DNA of 64,000 nucleotides from Narcine bancroftii. Lineage: Eukaryota. Under the pieces are notes generated by a model, which saw only the letters and a program-made list of their open reading frames with translations, was not told the origin of the DNA and searched no databases. A program made the position numbers and the translations under genes. This document shows positions 1 to 12,526 of the stretch, one piece after another; positions within the stretch are counted from its first letter, which is position 1, and each line of letters begins with the position of its first letter. The DNA lies in NCBI RefSeq assembly GCF_036971445.1, contig NC_091472.1:204600001-204664000 (forward strand), written 5' to 3'.

Positions 1-2227
1 CTGGACGGATGAGTATAATGCTGGCGCCCAACCTGCAACCGGAAGATGGTGCCAGCATTGATACCTGCCCAGCTAACTCTAAAATGCATGCCCGAGCAAG
101 GCAGCCAAGTGGCGTCTCACGACACTAGTGTGCGGCTCCACTACTGTGCCTGGCAGCTCAGCGATGCACAGTGGTGTGTCAGAAGATGCACCTTTGCGAT
201 CGACAGCGATGCTGGGCATGCACAGAAGTGCACATGTGCGCGAATTGCTGGGAAAGGTCTGGATGGGGGGGGGTGGGGGGGTGGGGGGGGGAACCTGAAT
301 AGCACTGAGCTGAGGAAGCCAACCTGACGTTGGCGGGGATCCAAACCCGCAGTCAAATGGCCTGAACAGCAGTAAGTACAGGTGAAGCAGAAGCAGAAAG
401 CCCTGTACTGTTAGGGATACAAGAACATGAGGAATTAACTACACTAACTATAGTTAAAGAAGGTAGGCCTCAGGAGGTGGAATGGGGGAATCAGGAATTG
501 GAGATGATTTTACTGTTTTAGAAGACATTGCTCAACAAATGGAAAATATCTCATCATAGATGATTTCTCAGATGAATCAGGGATTTATGGACATGAAAGT
601 CAGAATGAATAATATCTGTGAAGAAATGTCGTCTGTAAAAAAAAAAAAAAAAAAGGATGTCTGTGGTCAAGGACGATGTTAATAAATGTTTGAAAGTGGT
701 GGATACAGTACAGGATAGTTTTAAACAAATTGAAGAAGTGTTTCATGAATGTAGAGACCAAGTGGAACAGAATAGAGAAAAAATGGAGAAAGTGGAAGAT
801 TCATTTGTTGGATGGGAAATTCAGAAGAGAGAATTGTGGAAAAAGATTGACTCTCTGGAAAACCAAGGTTGACATAATAGTTTGAAAATTGTAGGACTTC
901 CGGAAGATATTGAAGGCTCAGATCTGATGATATTTTTTTTTAAAATGGATCCCAGATGTGCTGGATGTTGAATTTTTCCCAAATGGTCTGGAATTGAACA
1001 GAGCACACAGGGCATTGAGTAAAAAACCTTACCTGGGTCAGCCACCTTGAGCTGTTTCAATGCTTGAGATATCAGGATAGAGAGATGATTTTGTGGATAG
1101 CTGTCCAGAAAGCTCGTAAAGATCAAGCTCTAATGATGGTTCAGGTTAGTAAGATATTTTTCTATGCTGACCTGAGTCAGCAGATAATTAAGAGGCATAA
1201 GGAATTTAATTCGGCTAAAGAGGTGTTGTGGAGAAAAGGGTACAAGTTTACTGTCTTGAAATTTTTTATGGGAATTATCAATCTCAGTTTTTTGAGAATG
1301 ATCATGATGCATTTAATTTTTGCAAATTCTTTGCTAGACGTGCGGGGATCTGATCGACCACAATCAGCTAAGAGGAGAGTATCTAACAAGAGGAATGGGA
1401 ATGGGAATGGAAAGAAGGGGGAATTGATGCAAAACCTGCTTGATATCGAGGATCCAGAACAATCTTTGGGATTGGAATCAGTTGGAATAATGAGATTATT
1501 AACTGTGGAGATGTTTGGCGAGGGGGGGGGGGCAGTGGATGACTCTGATACTTTAGAAAGTCATCTGCCACTAGTGGGGTTATCTACACCCAGTTCATTG
1601 GGGAGGTACTACATTGGTGTAGTTTTGGGAAGAATTTTTTTGTATTATTTTTGAAGGTTTTTTTTGTATTTTTATGAAAGGGAAGATTTTTTTTATTGTT
1701 TAAGCAAGAGGAGGATTTTTTTTTACAATTGTTGACTGTGAGTTCTGAGGAGTTTTTTAGTAAAGTATGACTAATTTCAATTTTGCGACTTTTAATGTGC
1801 AGGGTCTTAATAACTCCATTAAGTGTAAGTGTGTGTCAGCTTATATTAAAAAGATGAAGGTTGATATTGCTTTTTTACATTTAACTGAGAAAATGAAAAG
1901 AGATTGGATAGGTCATGTAGTTGCCTCTTCTGTTAATTCCAAGGTGCGAGGAGTGGCGATTTTGGTTCAAAAGAAGATACCGTTTGAATTGAAAACATTT
2001 TCTGAAACAGCTGATAGAGTTTTAACAGTGAATTGTAAGATTTTTGCAGAACCATGGACGTTATTGAATGCCTATGCACCCAATGTAGATGATGCATGAT
2101 TTATTACTGAGACTTTCTTAACATTAAACCAGGCTAATGAAAATATTTTAATTGGAGGAGATTTTAATTGTGTTTTGGATCCATTATTGGATAAATCTCC
2201 AAAAAAGTATAAAGAAATCTAAGATGG

Positions 2228-2291
2228 AAATGATTGTGTGTATTTTGATTGATATGGTTCACAGTGTGTAAAATTTAAAAAAAAATTTAAA
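2228..2291 (+). mobile_element. Extremely 5'-truncated (~64 bp) L1 3'-end insertion with 17-bp target-site duplication
   Basis: Flanked by AAAGAAATCTAAGATGG at 2211-2227 and 2292-2308. The insert matches the reverse complement of the 3' end of the L1 at 2838-2900. Confidence 0.8.
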
Positions 2292-2837
2292 AAAGAAATC
2301 TAAGATGGCTGTTCAGTTGACGTCTTTGATGAAGGATTTGAATTTGGTGGAAATCTGGAGAAGGTTAAATCCAACAGAGAAAGACTTCTTTTTATTCATC
2401 TTTTATTCATGATTTTTTTCTAGAATAGATTTGTTTTTAGAATCGACACACCTTCAAGCTCGAATTGTTCAGGCTGAATACAAGAGTAGGATGATCATTC
2501 TATGCTATTTATATCTGGTGTCAGTTCTGAAGTTATGCAGTCAACTTACCGATGGAGATTTAATGCAACGTTATTGAAAAACCTGAGTTCATTAACTATA
2601 TTAAAGAACAAATTGCTTCTTTTCTAAGTATAAATACTAATTTGCAGTGCAGAGTAATTTTATTTTGTGGGATGTTTTGAAAGCATATTTACAGGATCAA
2701 ATTATTAGTAATTCACAAAAGTTAAGAAACAATATTTGGCAGAAAGTTTGACGTTGAAGAAACAGATTACTGATTTGGAAAAGGACTTCCAAAAATATAC
2801 TACTGAAGATTTTTAAAAAAGCAGCATTGACTAAGTT

Positions 2838-4507
2838 TTTAAATTTTTAAAAATTTTTCACACTATGAACCATATTAACCAAAATACACACAAACATTTC
2901 CCTCTCGAATATACACAGTGTCATTTTCTCCCCTTTTCCCCCCTCCCTTCCCTCCCTCCTTCATCCCCCTTCCCCACTCACTCAACGTTCAACATATATG
3001 ATACATTAAACCCATTAAACAATGTCATCACACAATGAAAATAAACAAGAAAATTGTGTCATCTACTTTTACATACTGGGTCAGTTCATTTCGTCTTCTT
3101 CTCCTTCTGTCATTTTAGGTGGTGGAGGTCTGCGGTAGGACTTCTCTGTTGTGTTCCATGTATGGTTCCCAAATTTGTTCGAATACTGTGATGTTATTTC
3201 TTAAATTATATGTTATTTTTTCCAATGGAATACATTTATTAATTTCTATGTACCATTGCTGTATTTTCAGGCTATCTTCTGATTTCCAGGTTGACATAAT
3301 ACATTTTTTTGCAACAGCTAAGGCTATCATAATAAATATTTTTTTGTGCTCCATCCAAATTGAGTCCAAGTTCTTTACTTTTTATATTACTTAGAAGAAG
3401 GATCTCTGGAATTTTTGGCATGTTGCTTTTTGTGATTTTATTTAATACCTAATTTAGATCTTCCCAAAACTTTTCCACTTTCTCACATGCCCAAATTACA
3501 TGTACTGTTGTTCCTGTTTCCTTCTTACAGCGAAAACATCTATCTGATTCTGTTGGGTCCCATTTATTTAACTTTTGGGGCATGATATTGTGTAACCAAT
3601 GATATTGTATCATGTGTAACCTCATGTTTATTGTATTTCTCATAGTTCATCTCTATTTCTCATAGTTTCTCATAGGGAAAATAGCTTTTCCCATTTTTCA
3701 TTTTTTATCTTTATGTTTAGATCTTGTTCCCACATTTGTTTGGGTTTACAGCTTATTTCATCATTCTCTTTCTCTTGCAGCTGGATGTACATGTTTGTTA
3801 TAAATCTTTTAATTATCATTTGTCTGTAATCACATATTCAAAGCTGCTTCCTTCTGGTAACCTCAGCCTGCTTCCCAATTTGTCCTTCAAGTATGCAAAC
3901 ATTGTACCATGAGTTATACCATATTTGTACTTCATTTGTTCAAAAGATAATAAATTATTTCCCAAAAAACAACTTTCTATTCTTTTGATCCCTTTTCTCT
4001 CCCATTCTCTAAAGGAAAGGTTATCTATTGTGAAAGGGATTAGTTGATTTTGCGTCAATAATAATTTTGGTAATTTGTTTTTCTCCTTTCTACGTGAATC
4101 TTCTTCCAAATGTTGAGCAGATGGTGCAGTACTGGTGAAATTCTATGTGCACCAGTTTTTCATCCCACTTATAAAGTATATATTCTGGTACCTTCTCCCC
4201 TATTTTATCTAGCTCTAACCAGGTCCAATCTGGTTTTTCCCTTGTTTGATAAAAATCTGATAGGAATCTTAATTGTGCTGCTCTATAATAATTCTTAGTT
4301 TGGTAGCTGTAAGCCTCCTTGTTTGTACCATTTTGTTAATTTATCTAGTGCTATCCTCGGTTTCCCCCCCTTTCCATAAAAATTTCCTTATTATTTTCTT
4401 TAGCTCCTTGAAGAATTTCTCTGTTAGATGAATTGGCAATGATTGGAATAGGTATTGTATCCTTAGGAAGATATTAATTTTAATGCAATTTACCCTTTTT
4501 ATCAGTG
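2838..4507 (-). mobile_element. 5'-truncated L1-clade LINE nested in element A
   Basis: Minus-strand ORF2 C-terminal fragments (CFRCKKETGTTVHVIWAC zinc knuckle; EKITYNLR...FEQIWEPY). TSD AGCATTGACTAAGTT at 2823-2837 and 4508-4522. Confidence 0.88.
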
Positions 4508-5114
4508 AGCATTGACTAAGTTGAAATTTCATTATAATACATTGCAAACATATCAATTTGAGTGGTTAATTCAAAGGTCTAAACAGCTTTGCTATGAATT
4601 AGCGATCAAGCCTATATAAGGTATTAGCTTGGCAGTTGAAGACTGAACAAGTTTTGAGGACTATTAATGCTGTTAAAAAGAATTCAATAGTTATGTATAA
4701 ACCTCAAGAAATTAATGATCAATTTCATTAATTTTATCAAAACCGATATACCTCTGAAGGGGTTCAAGATAATGGTTCTACTGAATCCTTTTTATCTGCT
4801 TTGGATTTGCCAGTTTTAGATGAAGTGAAAGAGTTGGAGTCTCCATTTACAGATTTTGAAATTAAGGAAGCTATACAGGCTATGCCAAATGGGAACTCTC
4901 CTGGAGAAGATGGGTTTTCTGTGGAGTATTATAAGGTGTTTTATGAAGATTTGTCTCCTGTATTTATGGAAGTGCTTCAACAAATAACAGATGAACAATC
5001 ACTACCAGATTCTTTTTCAAGAGCGATAATTACAGTAATTCCAAATAAAGTCAGAGGTCCGCTGAAGGTAGCTTCATATCAACCAATTTCTTTAATTAAT
5101 ATAGATTATAAAAT

Positions 5115-6875
5115 CTTCTTTGGCTTGGCTTCGCGGACGAAGATTTATGGAGGGGGTAAAAAGTCCACGTCAGCTGCAGGCTCGTTTGTGGCTGACAAGT
5201 CCGATGCGGGACAGGCAGACACGATTGCAGCGGTTGCAAGGGAAAATTGGTTGGTTGGGGTTGGGTGTTGGGTTTTTCCTCCTTTGCCTTTTGTCAGTGA
5301 GGTGGGCTCTGCGGTCTTCTTCAAAGGAGGTTGCTGCCCGCTAAACTGTGAGGCGCCAAGAGGCACGGTTTGAGGCGTTATCAGCCCACTGGCGGTGGTC
5401 AATGTGGCAGGCACCAAGAGATTTCTTTAGGCAGTCCTTGTACCTTTTCTTTGGTGCACCTCTGTCACGGTGGCCAGTGGAGAGCTCGCCATATAACACG
5501 ATCTTGGGAAGGCGATGGTCCTCCATTCTGGAGACGTGACCCATCCAGCGCAGCTGGAACTTCAGCAGCGTGGACTCGATGCTGTCGACCTCTGCCATCT
5601 CGAGTACTTCGACGTTAGGGGTGTAAGCGCTCCAATGGATGTTGAGGATGGAGCGGAGACAACGCTGGTGGAAGCGTTCTAGGAGCCGTAGGTGGTGCCG
5701 GTAGAGGACCCATGATTCGGAGCCGAACAGGAGTGTGGGTATGACAACGGCTCTGTATACGCTTATCTTTGTGAGGTTTTTCAGTTGGTTGTTTTTCCAG
5801 ACTCTTTTGTGTAGTCTTCCAAAGGCGCTATTTGCCTTGGCGAGTCTGTTGTCTATCTCATTGTCGATCCTTGCATCTGATGAAATGGTGCAGCTGAGAT
5901 AGGTAAACTGGTTGACCGTTTTGAGTTTTGTGTGCCCGATGGAGATGTGGGGGGGCTGGTAGTCATGGTGGGGAGCTGGCTGATGGAGGACCTCAGTTTT
6001 CTTCAGGCTGACTTCCAGGCCAAACATTTTGGCAGTTTCCGCAAAGCAGGACGTCAAGCGCTGAAGAGCTGGCTCTGAATGGGCAACTAAAGCGGCATCG
6101 TCTGCAAAGAGTAGTTCATGGACAAGTTTCTCTTGTGTCTTGGTGTGAGCTTGCAGGCGCCTCAGATTGAAGAGACTGCCATCCGTGCGGTACCGGATGT
6201 AAACAGCGTCTTCATTGTTGGGGTCTTTCATGGCTTGGTTCAGCATCATGCTGAAGAAGATTGAAAAGAGGGTTGGTGCGAGAACACAGCCTTGCTTCAC
6301 GCCATTGTTAATGGAGAAGGGTTCAGAGAGCTCATTGCTGTATCTGACCCGACCTTGTTGGTTTTCGTGCAGTTGGATAATTATGTTGAGGAACTTTGGG
6401 GGACATCCGATGCGCTCTAGTATTTGCCAAAGCCCTTTCCTGCTCACGGTGTCGAAGGCTTTGGTGAGGTCAACAAAGGTGATGTAGAGTCCTTTGTTTT
6501 GTTCTCTGCACTTTTCTTGGAGCTGTCTGAGGGCAAAGACCATGTCAGTGGTTCCTCTGTTTGCGCGAAAGCCGCACTGTGATTCTGGGAGAATATTCTC
6601 GGCGACACTAGGTATTATTCTATTTAGTAGAATCCTAGCGAAGATTTTGCCTGCAATGGAGAGCAACGTGATTCCCCTGTAGTTTGAGCAGTCTGATTTC
6701 TCGCCTTTGTTTTTGTACAGGGTGATGATGGTGGCATCACGAAGATCCTGAGGCAGTTTACCTTGGTCCCAACAAAGCTTGAAAAACTCATGCAGTTTGG
6801 CATGCAGAGTTTTGCCGCCAGCCTTCCAGACTTCTGGGGGGGATTCCATCCATACCTGCTGCTTTGCCACTTTTC
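5115..6875 (-). mobile_element. Young 5'-truncated RTE-clade LINE with a 509-aa open RT region
   Basis: ORF 5341-6870 has NYRGITLLS, ESQCGFR, FVDLTKAFD, GVKQGCVLAP, LFADD and RLPKIVLYGEL. It has an (AAG)-type tail and TSD AGATTATAAAAT at 5103-5114 and 6876-6887. Confidence 0.95.
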
Positions 6876-7964
6876 AGATTATAAAATAATTTTATAGATT
6901 ATAAAATAATAGCTACAATATTGGCGAATAGACTTGCTAAGCATTTCTCTTATTTAGTACACACTGACCAAGCAGGTTTTATTAAGAATAAGTATGCTTC
7001 GGATAATATTCTTAGATTGATTACTTTGATCAATGCATCAAAGCAGCAGCCAAACCAACTAATGATCATTGCACTTGATGTGGAAAAAGCATTTGATAGG
7101 GTTGAATGGAAGTTTTTATTTAAAGTTTAAGAAAAATTTAATTTTGGATCCTTCTTTACTGGTTCTTCTATACAAATCCAGTTGCTAGGGTGGTGATGAA
7201 TGGCCAAACTTCTTTGTCATTTAAACTATCATGTTCAACATGTCAAGGTTGTCCATTATCACCAGACCTAATATAAAATATTAATATTAAAGGGATAAAA
7301 ATTGCAGAAGATGAATATAAGATCAATTTATTTGCTGATGATGTATTGATATATTTAACACATCCAGAACAATCTTTGAAACATTTGCAAAACAGTCTGG
7401 AGTAATATGGAGTATTGTCTGGATATAAAGTAAATTGGGATAAGAGTGAAATATTACCAATATCAGGTGATGATTATAATGAGTGTAAAAGATTACAAAA
7501 TTGTGATGGTCTGATAAAATTAAATATTTAGGCGTAATTGTAGATGCAGATTATAAATCTTTAAACAAATTAAATTATGTACATTACTGAAGAAAATTAA
7601 AGTGGATTTGAATAAATGAAAAGATCTCCCATTAACAGGCCAGGTAAAGATTAATCTCTTTCTACCTATTCAATATCTTTTTCAATCGATTCCATTTTCA
7701 CTTCCAAAAGTATTTTTTCAGGATTTGAATATGGCAGTAAGGAAATTTTTGTGGAAAGGAAAGTTAGAGCTCGGGTAGCATTACAGAAACTGACTTGGAA
7801 ATATGCCTTAGGAGGACTTCAACTGCCTCATTTTCAAAATTATTATGAGGCTGTGCAATTAAAATTTGTTAATAGGATGTTAGATACTACACAACCTCCT
7901 AGTTGGGCTAAAATTGGGTTAGCTTGTATTTCTGAGTTTCAAGTTCATCAATTTATAATTAAAG

Positions 7965-8690
7965 TATTCTTTCTTTGGCTTGGCTTCGCAGACGAAGATT
8001 TATGGAGGGGTATGTCCACATCTGCTGCAGGCTCATTGGTGACTGACAAGTCTGATGTGGGACAGGCAGGCACGGTTGCAAGGGAAAATTGGTTGGTTGG
8101 GGTTGGGGTTGGGTTTTTCCTCCTTTATCTTTTGTCAGTGAGGTGGGCTCTGCGGTCTTCTTCAAAGGAGGTTGCTGCCCACCAAACTGTGAGACGGTTG
8201 GAGGCAATATCAGCCCACTGGCAGTGGTCAATGTGGCAGACACCAAGAGATTTCTTTCAGCAGTCCTTGTACCTCTTCTTTGGTGCACCTCTGTCTCAGT
8301 GGCCAGTGGAGAGCTCGCCATAGAACACAATCTTGGGAAGGTGATGGTCCTCCATTCTGGAGACATGACCCACCCAGTGCAGTTGTGTCTTCAGCAGCAT
8401 GGATTCGATGCTTGGGGACTCTGCCAGCTTGAGTATTTCGATGTTGGTGATGAAGTCATTCCAATGAATGTTGAGGATGGAGCGGAGACAATGCTGATGG
8501 AAGTGTTCTAGGAGCCGTAGATGATGCTGGTAGAGGACCCATGATTCAGAGCCGAACAGGAGTGTGGGTATGACAATGGCTCTGTACACGCTGATCTTTG
8601 TGTGTTTCTTCAGGTGGTTGTTCTTCCAGACTCTTTTGTGTAGTCTTCCAAAGGCGCTATTTGCCTTGGCGAGTCTATTGTCTATCTCTT
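7965..8690 (-). mobile_element. 5'-truncated RTE-clade LINE (older copy of the same family) nested in element A
   Basis: Collinear with 5115-5860. Minus-strand ORF fragment YRAIVIPTLLFGSESW...LPKIVFYGELSTGH. Confidence 0.9.
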
Positions 8691-10026
8691 TGTCTATTAC
8701 TGGGATATGATATGCCTGTTTTAAAACATTTATTAGGGATTTCGACTAAAAGGAATTTTATTATCAGTTTGCGGGGTAAGATTTCACCCCAAACTCCATT
8801 ATATCAAAATAAGGTTATTTCTTTCTCAATTAATAATATGTATTTAAAGACCTGGGACTCTGAGGGTATAAAGGTGATTGAGAATTGTTTTGAAGAAGGA
8901 CAGTTTCTTTCTTTTAATCGACTTAGGGAAAAATTTGGAAAACCACTTAATTCTTTATTTGTGTATTATCAAGTTCGAGGTTTGGTAAGGGATAATTTTG
9001 GAAGAGAAATGAAACTACATGAATTAACAAAGTTTGAATTTTTGATTTCACAAACACTAAAAAAGGGTTTTATTTCTGATATGTATGCTTTGTTACAAGA
9101 TAGTATGAATAAACCAAACAAATAAATCTAGAAATAAATGGGAGGAAGGTTTATCTTATGATATACCTCAGGAGGATTGGGAAGTTATGTGTCAATTTGG
9201 GGTGACTAAATTACAAAATGTAAGATATAGTTTCAGATAGCTTTTGTTCATTTAGCATTGGCGGTAGCGCGGAAATGTATTGCAATTACTTGGAAGGATA
9301 ATATAGAAGTGAATATAGCTCGCTGGCATTATCATAATGAGTTGAGTGAGGTCTTGCATTTATATGGAGAAAATAACATATAATTTGCATGATAATTATT
9401 CTTTTTTTTGTCCAGACGTGGTCACCCTATTTGGAATGTATGGGTTGAGAAATATCATAAATCTTTTTAATTATAAGTTTGTCAGATCACACAGTCTATG
9501 TATGTAATTCATTGATATATGGGTTATTTTTTCTGCTCCACTTGCGGGGCTTACTGAGGGTGGTGGGGGGGGGGGCGGAATGGTTTTGTTTTTTAGTTTA
9601 TTTTGCTATTTTTTAATGTATTATTTCTTTTATATTTTGAAAATCTTAAATAAATATTTATAAAAAGAAAGAGCAGAGTGGCTCTGATCATCCAACACAG
9701 GTTCTTGTCGCCACATCGGGCTCAGTCAGTCAGAGGGGCGGCCCGGCCTGGCGTCGCGGTGAGAGCCACGCCTTTTACAGCCCCCCCCCCCCCCCCCCCC
9801 ACCCGGTGCTGAACGTTCAGGTGGACTTTCAGATCCAGAGAATTAAATCGGGGGAACTGATGACATTGGGATCCCCATTCACTGTTTTTTTTTTAAATCT
9901 TTCCCAATACATCCTAGTACGTCGACATCAGACATATAACAACATTAAAGGGGCTGAATTGATCTCCAGGGAATCTATTCCTGCAGGCCAATCAGAGATT
10001 GATATCTAATTCCATACATCCTGCCA

Positions 10027-10190
10027 GGGTTGGTGTAGCGGGTGGCGCAATGTTTTCACAACACCTTTTCTCCAGGGGCTCCGATTTCCTCCCACCCTTC
10101 AAAACGTGTGGGTTAATGGGTGTAAATTGGGCGACACGGATTCGTGGTCCGAAATGATCTGTTGCCGTGCTTTGTCTAATTTTAAAAATA
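10027..10190 (+). mobile_element. Degenerate tRNA-derived V-SINE-like element
   Basis: A-box-like head (GGTTGGTGTAGCGGGTGGCG), the V-SINE-like core GCTCCGATTTCCTCCCAC, and a CR1-like tail. Confidence 0.55.
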
Positions 10191-11782
10191 TATTTCACAG
10201 TTTTATTTTTGACAGCTGTATCTTTACCTACAGAACTTATTTTGCAAACATATTTTGACTTAAATTCTGTGAAGGACTTTATGTAAAGATGGGACGTTGG
10301 AAGAATCATGAAATCCACACCACATGGGCCAGAGCTCGATGTATCGATTTTAATATATCACAGCAAACATTATTTCCTTTTAAATTTAGTTCACCGTAAT
10401 AGGTCTTTTACGGAAAAAAAAACCCCAAAACGATTGCAGTAAACGCTGTTAAACCAGGTACAAACTTAAATGAACACAACAGGAATAAAGCTTTGCAACT
10501 TAATTCAAAATACCCACTTAAAGTGATATATTTTATTAAAGCAGCAATGCAGTAGTTTCCACCGAACAAAGCTGATGAACTTTAACTGAAAATCTATACA
10601 GATTTTCTTTACAAGAAACCAAAGCCAGATAGAATTGGACGTATCTCTGCATTGCATTTTTGGAAAATTCAGTTATCGTTTTCTCTCTGCCGCATGTTTC
10701 TAGATTTTCCAATTTCAACCTTCCTTTATTTTGGAATACGGACTCTCCTCCTGCATCGCTCCATAGTGAAGACACTTCTTGCCTGCCTCCTGCCATCTTC
10801 CCTTTCCCACCTTCTCCCTTCCCCAATTTCCCCCATTTGCACGGCCTTCGCTCCCCCTGCCCCCTTTCCTAGCCTCCCCCACCTTTGCCTGGCGTTCATC
10901 CTCCCCTCCTTCCCTGGACTCTCCCCCTGCCAACTGTTTTATAATTAATATATTCGCCAAAATTTCCGTGATATACGTTGGTTGTCTCGTTCTCGATTCG
11001 CCCACGTTTGAAGCAGAATTTTCCCATCCGCTGTGCACCCATGTTTCATCATTTTAAAGCCGGGTGATAAATCTTTTCAGTTTCTGAAAAGAGGCTCCAC
11101 TCTGGTCACATGAGAGGTGATTATTCCATTCCACGCGGGGGTAAACTTCTATCGGGTTGATACAATTATGAGAGGTATTCGTGACGTGCGCTGAAGTTGA
11201 GGGGGGAGGGAGGGGTGGATTGGCGGGAGGAAATGGGATGTGCGCGGCATTTATTTTTATGCAGAATAGTAGCTGCCTCGAACAGGCTGCCACGAGTTGA
11301 GCTGGAATCCCGTTCGTGCTTGGGAGGCTCTTGGGTGGACACGTCAACATGCAGGAAAGAGGGGAACACCTCACAGTGCAAATTGTGTGAACTGGGCCGA
11401 TGGGTTTGTTTCTGAACGACAGTTCTCTGCTTTGTGCATTTCCTTCAGCCGTTGGCTGGGGGAAAATATTCCCTCAAATCCCCATAAGTCGCGCAGAGTT
11501 GTGCAATTGCCCAGAACTCTCTGAAAACGCATGGCACCGTCTTGCGATTAAAGTGATCCATTAATCCATACCTGTTTTGAGTACTGATTGTGTAAATATC
11601 ATGCCTCAATTTTACATTGAATGGAAAACATTTGGAGTCATTTGGGCGGCTTTGAAAGGAAAAATAATGTAATACCATAATTACACTTCAATTCTGAACC
11701 TCAGGGATCTGTAGGTTTTATTTCTAAAAGTTGCTCGCCCAAAGAAATGGAAAACACTGCCAGCGAAGATAAAATCATCTGT

Positions 11783-11788
11783 TTTATT
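11783..11788 (-). terminator. Candidate polyadenylation signal of the Ig light-chain gene (a second AATAAA lies at 11717-11722)
   Basis: AATAAA on the minus strand ~190 bp after the C-exon stop. Confidence 0.6.
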
Positions 11789-11975
11789 GTCATGCACTTT
11801 TTTATAACGTTGTCTGGCTATTGCCCGTCTACACTGTGAGATGTGGCTCTCGGGTGCGAGACAACACCATGTCCATCTGGTGGGTCATGAAAGAACACGG
11901 GTACAATCGAATACGTGATATCTACATATGGGATTATAAAAGAAAAATAACGATTCGCTACATTTACTTCAAGCT

Positions 11976-12298
11976 TCAGATACAGCTTGGTTTCGTGAGG
12001 CTTGCCTCAAACGGGATTGCCCGAGCCTCGTGTTTGACCACGCAGGAGTAAAGTTCGTGCGAGTTCCAGTCTGAGGCTGCCAGCGTCAGGTAACTGCTGG
12101 CACTGAACGTGTTGTCCGTCTCCTGCTGCACCCGGCTGGTCTCGACCCCAATCTTTCTCGTCTTGCCGTCCACAGTCCACTTGATGCCCACGGCGCCCGG
12201 ATTGAACCCGGTCACCAAACATACCAAGGTGGCCGTGTTCTTGGTCTCGATTTCCTCCGCTGAAGATCGGAAGACCGACACGGCAGGGGGTTGCTGAG
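11976..12298 (-). CDS. IGL: Immunoglobulin light-chain constant exon (C1-set), cartilaginous-fish lambda/type II
   Basis: Acceptor ttttatcttcAG at 12300-12299, phase 1. Protein QQPPAVSVFRSSAEEIETKNTATLVCLVTGFNPGAVGIKWTVDG...DNTFSASSYLTLAASDWNSHELYSCVVKHE...KPSCI* has the canonical Cys/Trp/Cys and the penultimate interchain Cys. Confidence 0.96.
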
Positions 12299-12526
12299 CT
12301 GAAGATAAAAACGGACATAAATGCAAGAAAATTCATTAACAGACGCCACGAACCCTTCGAATCTACCGATGTCCACTGGTTTTATAATTAGAGTGAATTT
12401 ATAAAACTCGTTGTGTCCAGCTGACCGCAGTTAATATAAGTTATACTGTGAGACGGTTCTTGGTTCTGGAAAATATACAACCTAAGAATAAATTATTGGA
12501 TATGGAAATGGACAAAAGAGACAAGG

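Larger units (their letters stand above)
1..9667 (+). mobile_element. Degraded L1-clade LINE (element A): ORF1 remnants ~500-1650, ORF2 remnants 1767-9460, G-rich 3' UTR and A-rich tail; interrupted by four younger insertions
   Basis: ORF fragments give the L1 ORF1 coiled-coil/LENQ and IFFYADLS motifs, the APE endonuclease start MTNFNFATFNVQGLNN (1767), RT motifs SPGEDGF (in ORF 4801) and DQAGF...ALDVEKAFDRVEW (6921-7130), and GGLQLPHF (7751-). There are many stops and frameshifts. Confidence 0.9.

Noticed and set aside
11372-11838. Heptamers CACAGTG (11372) and CACTGTG (11832)
   Set aside because: No acceptable nonamer at 12 or 22/23 bp.
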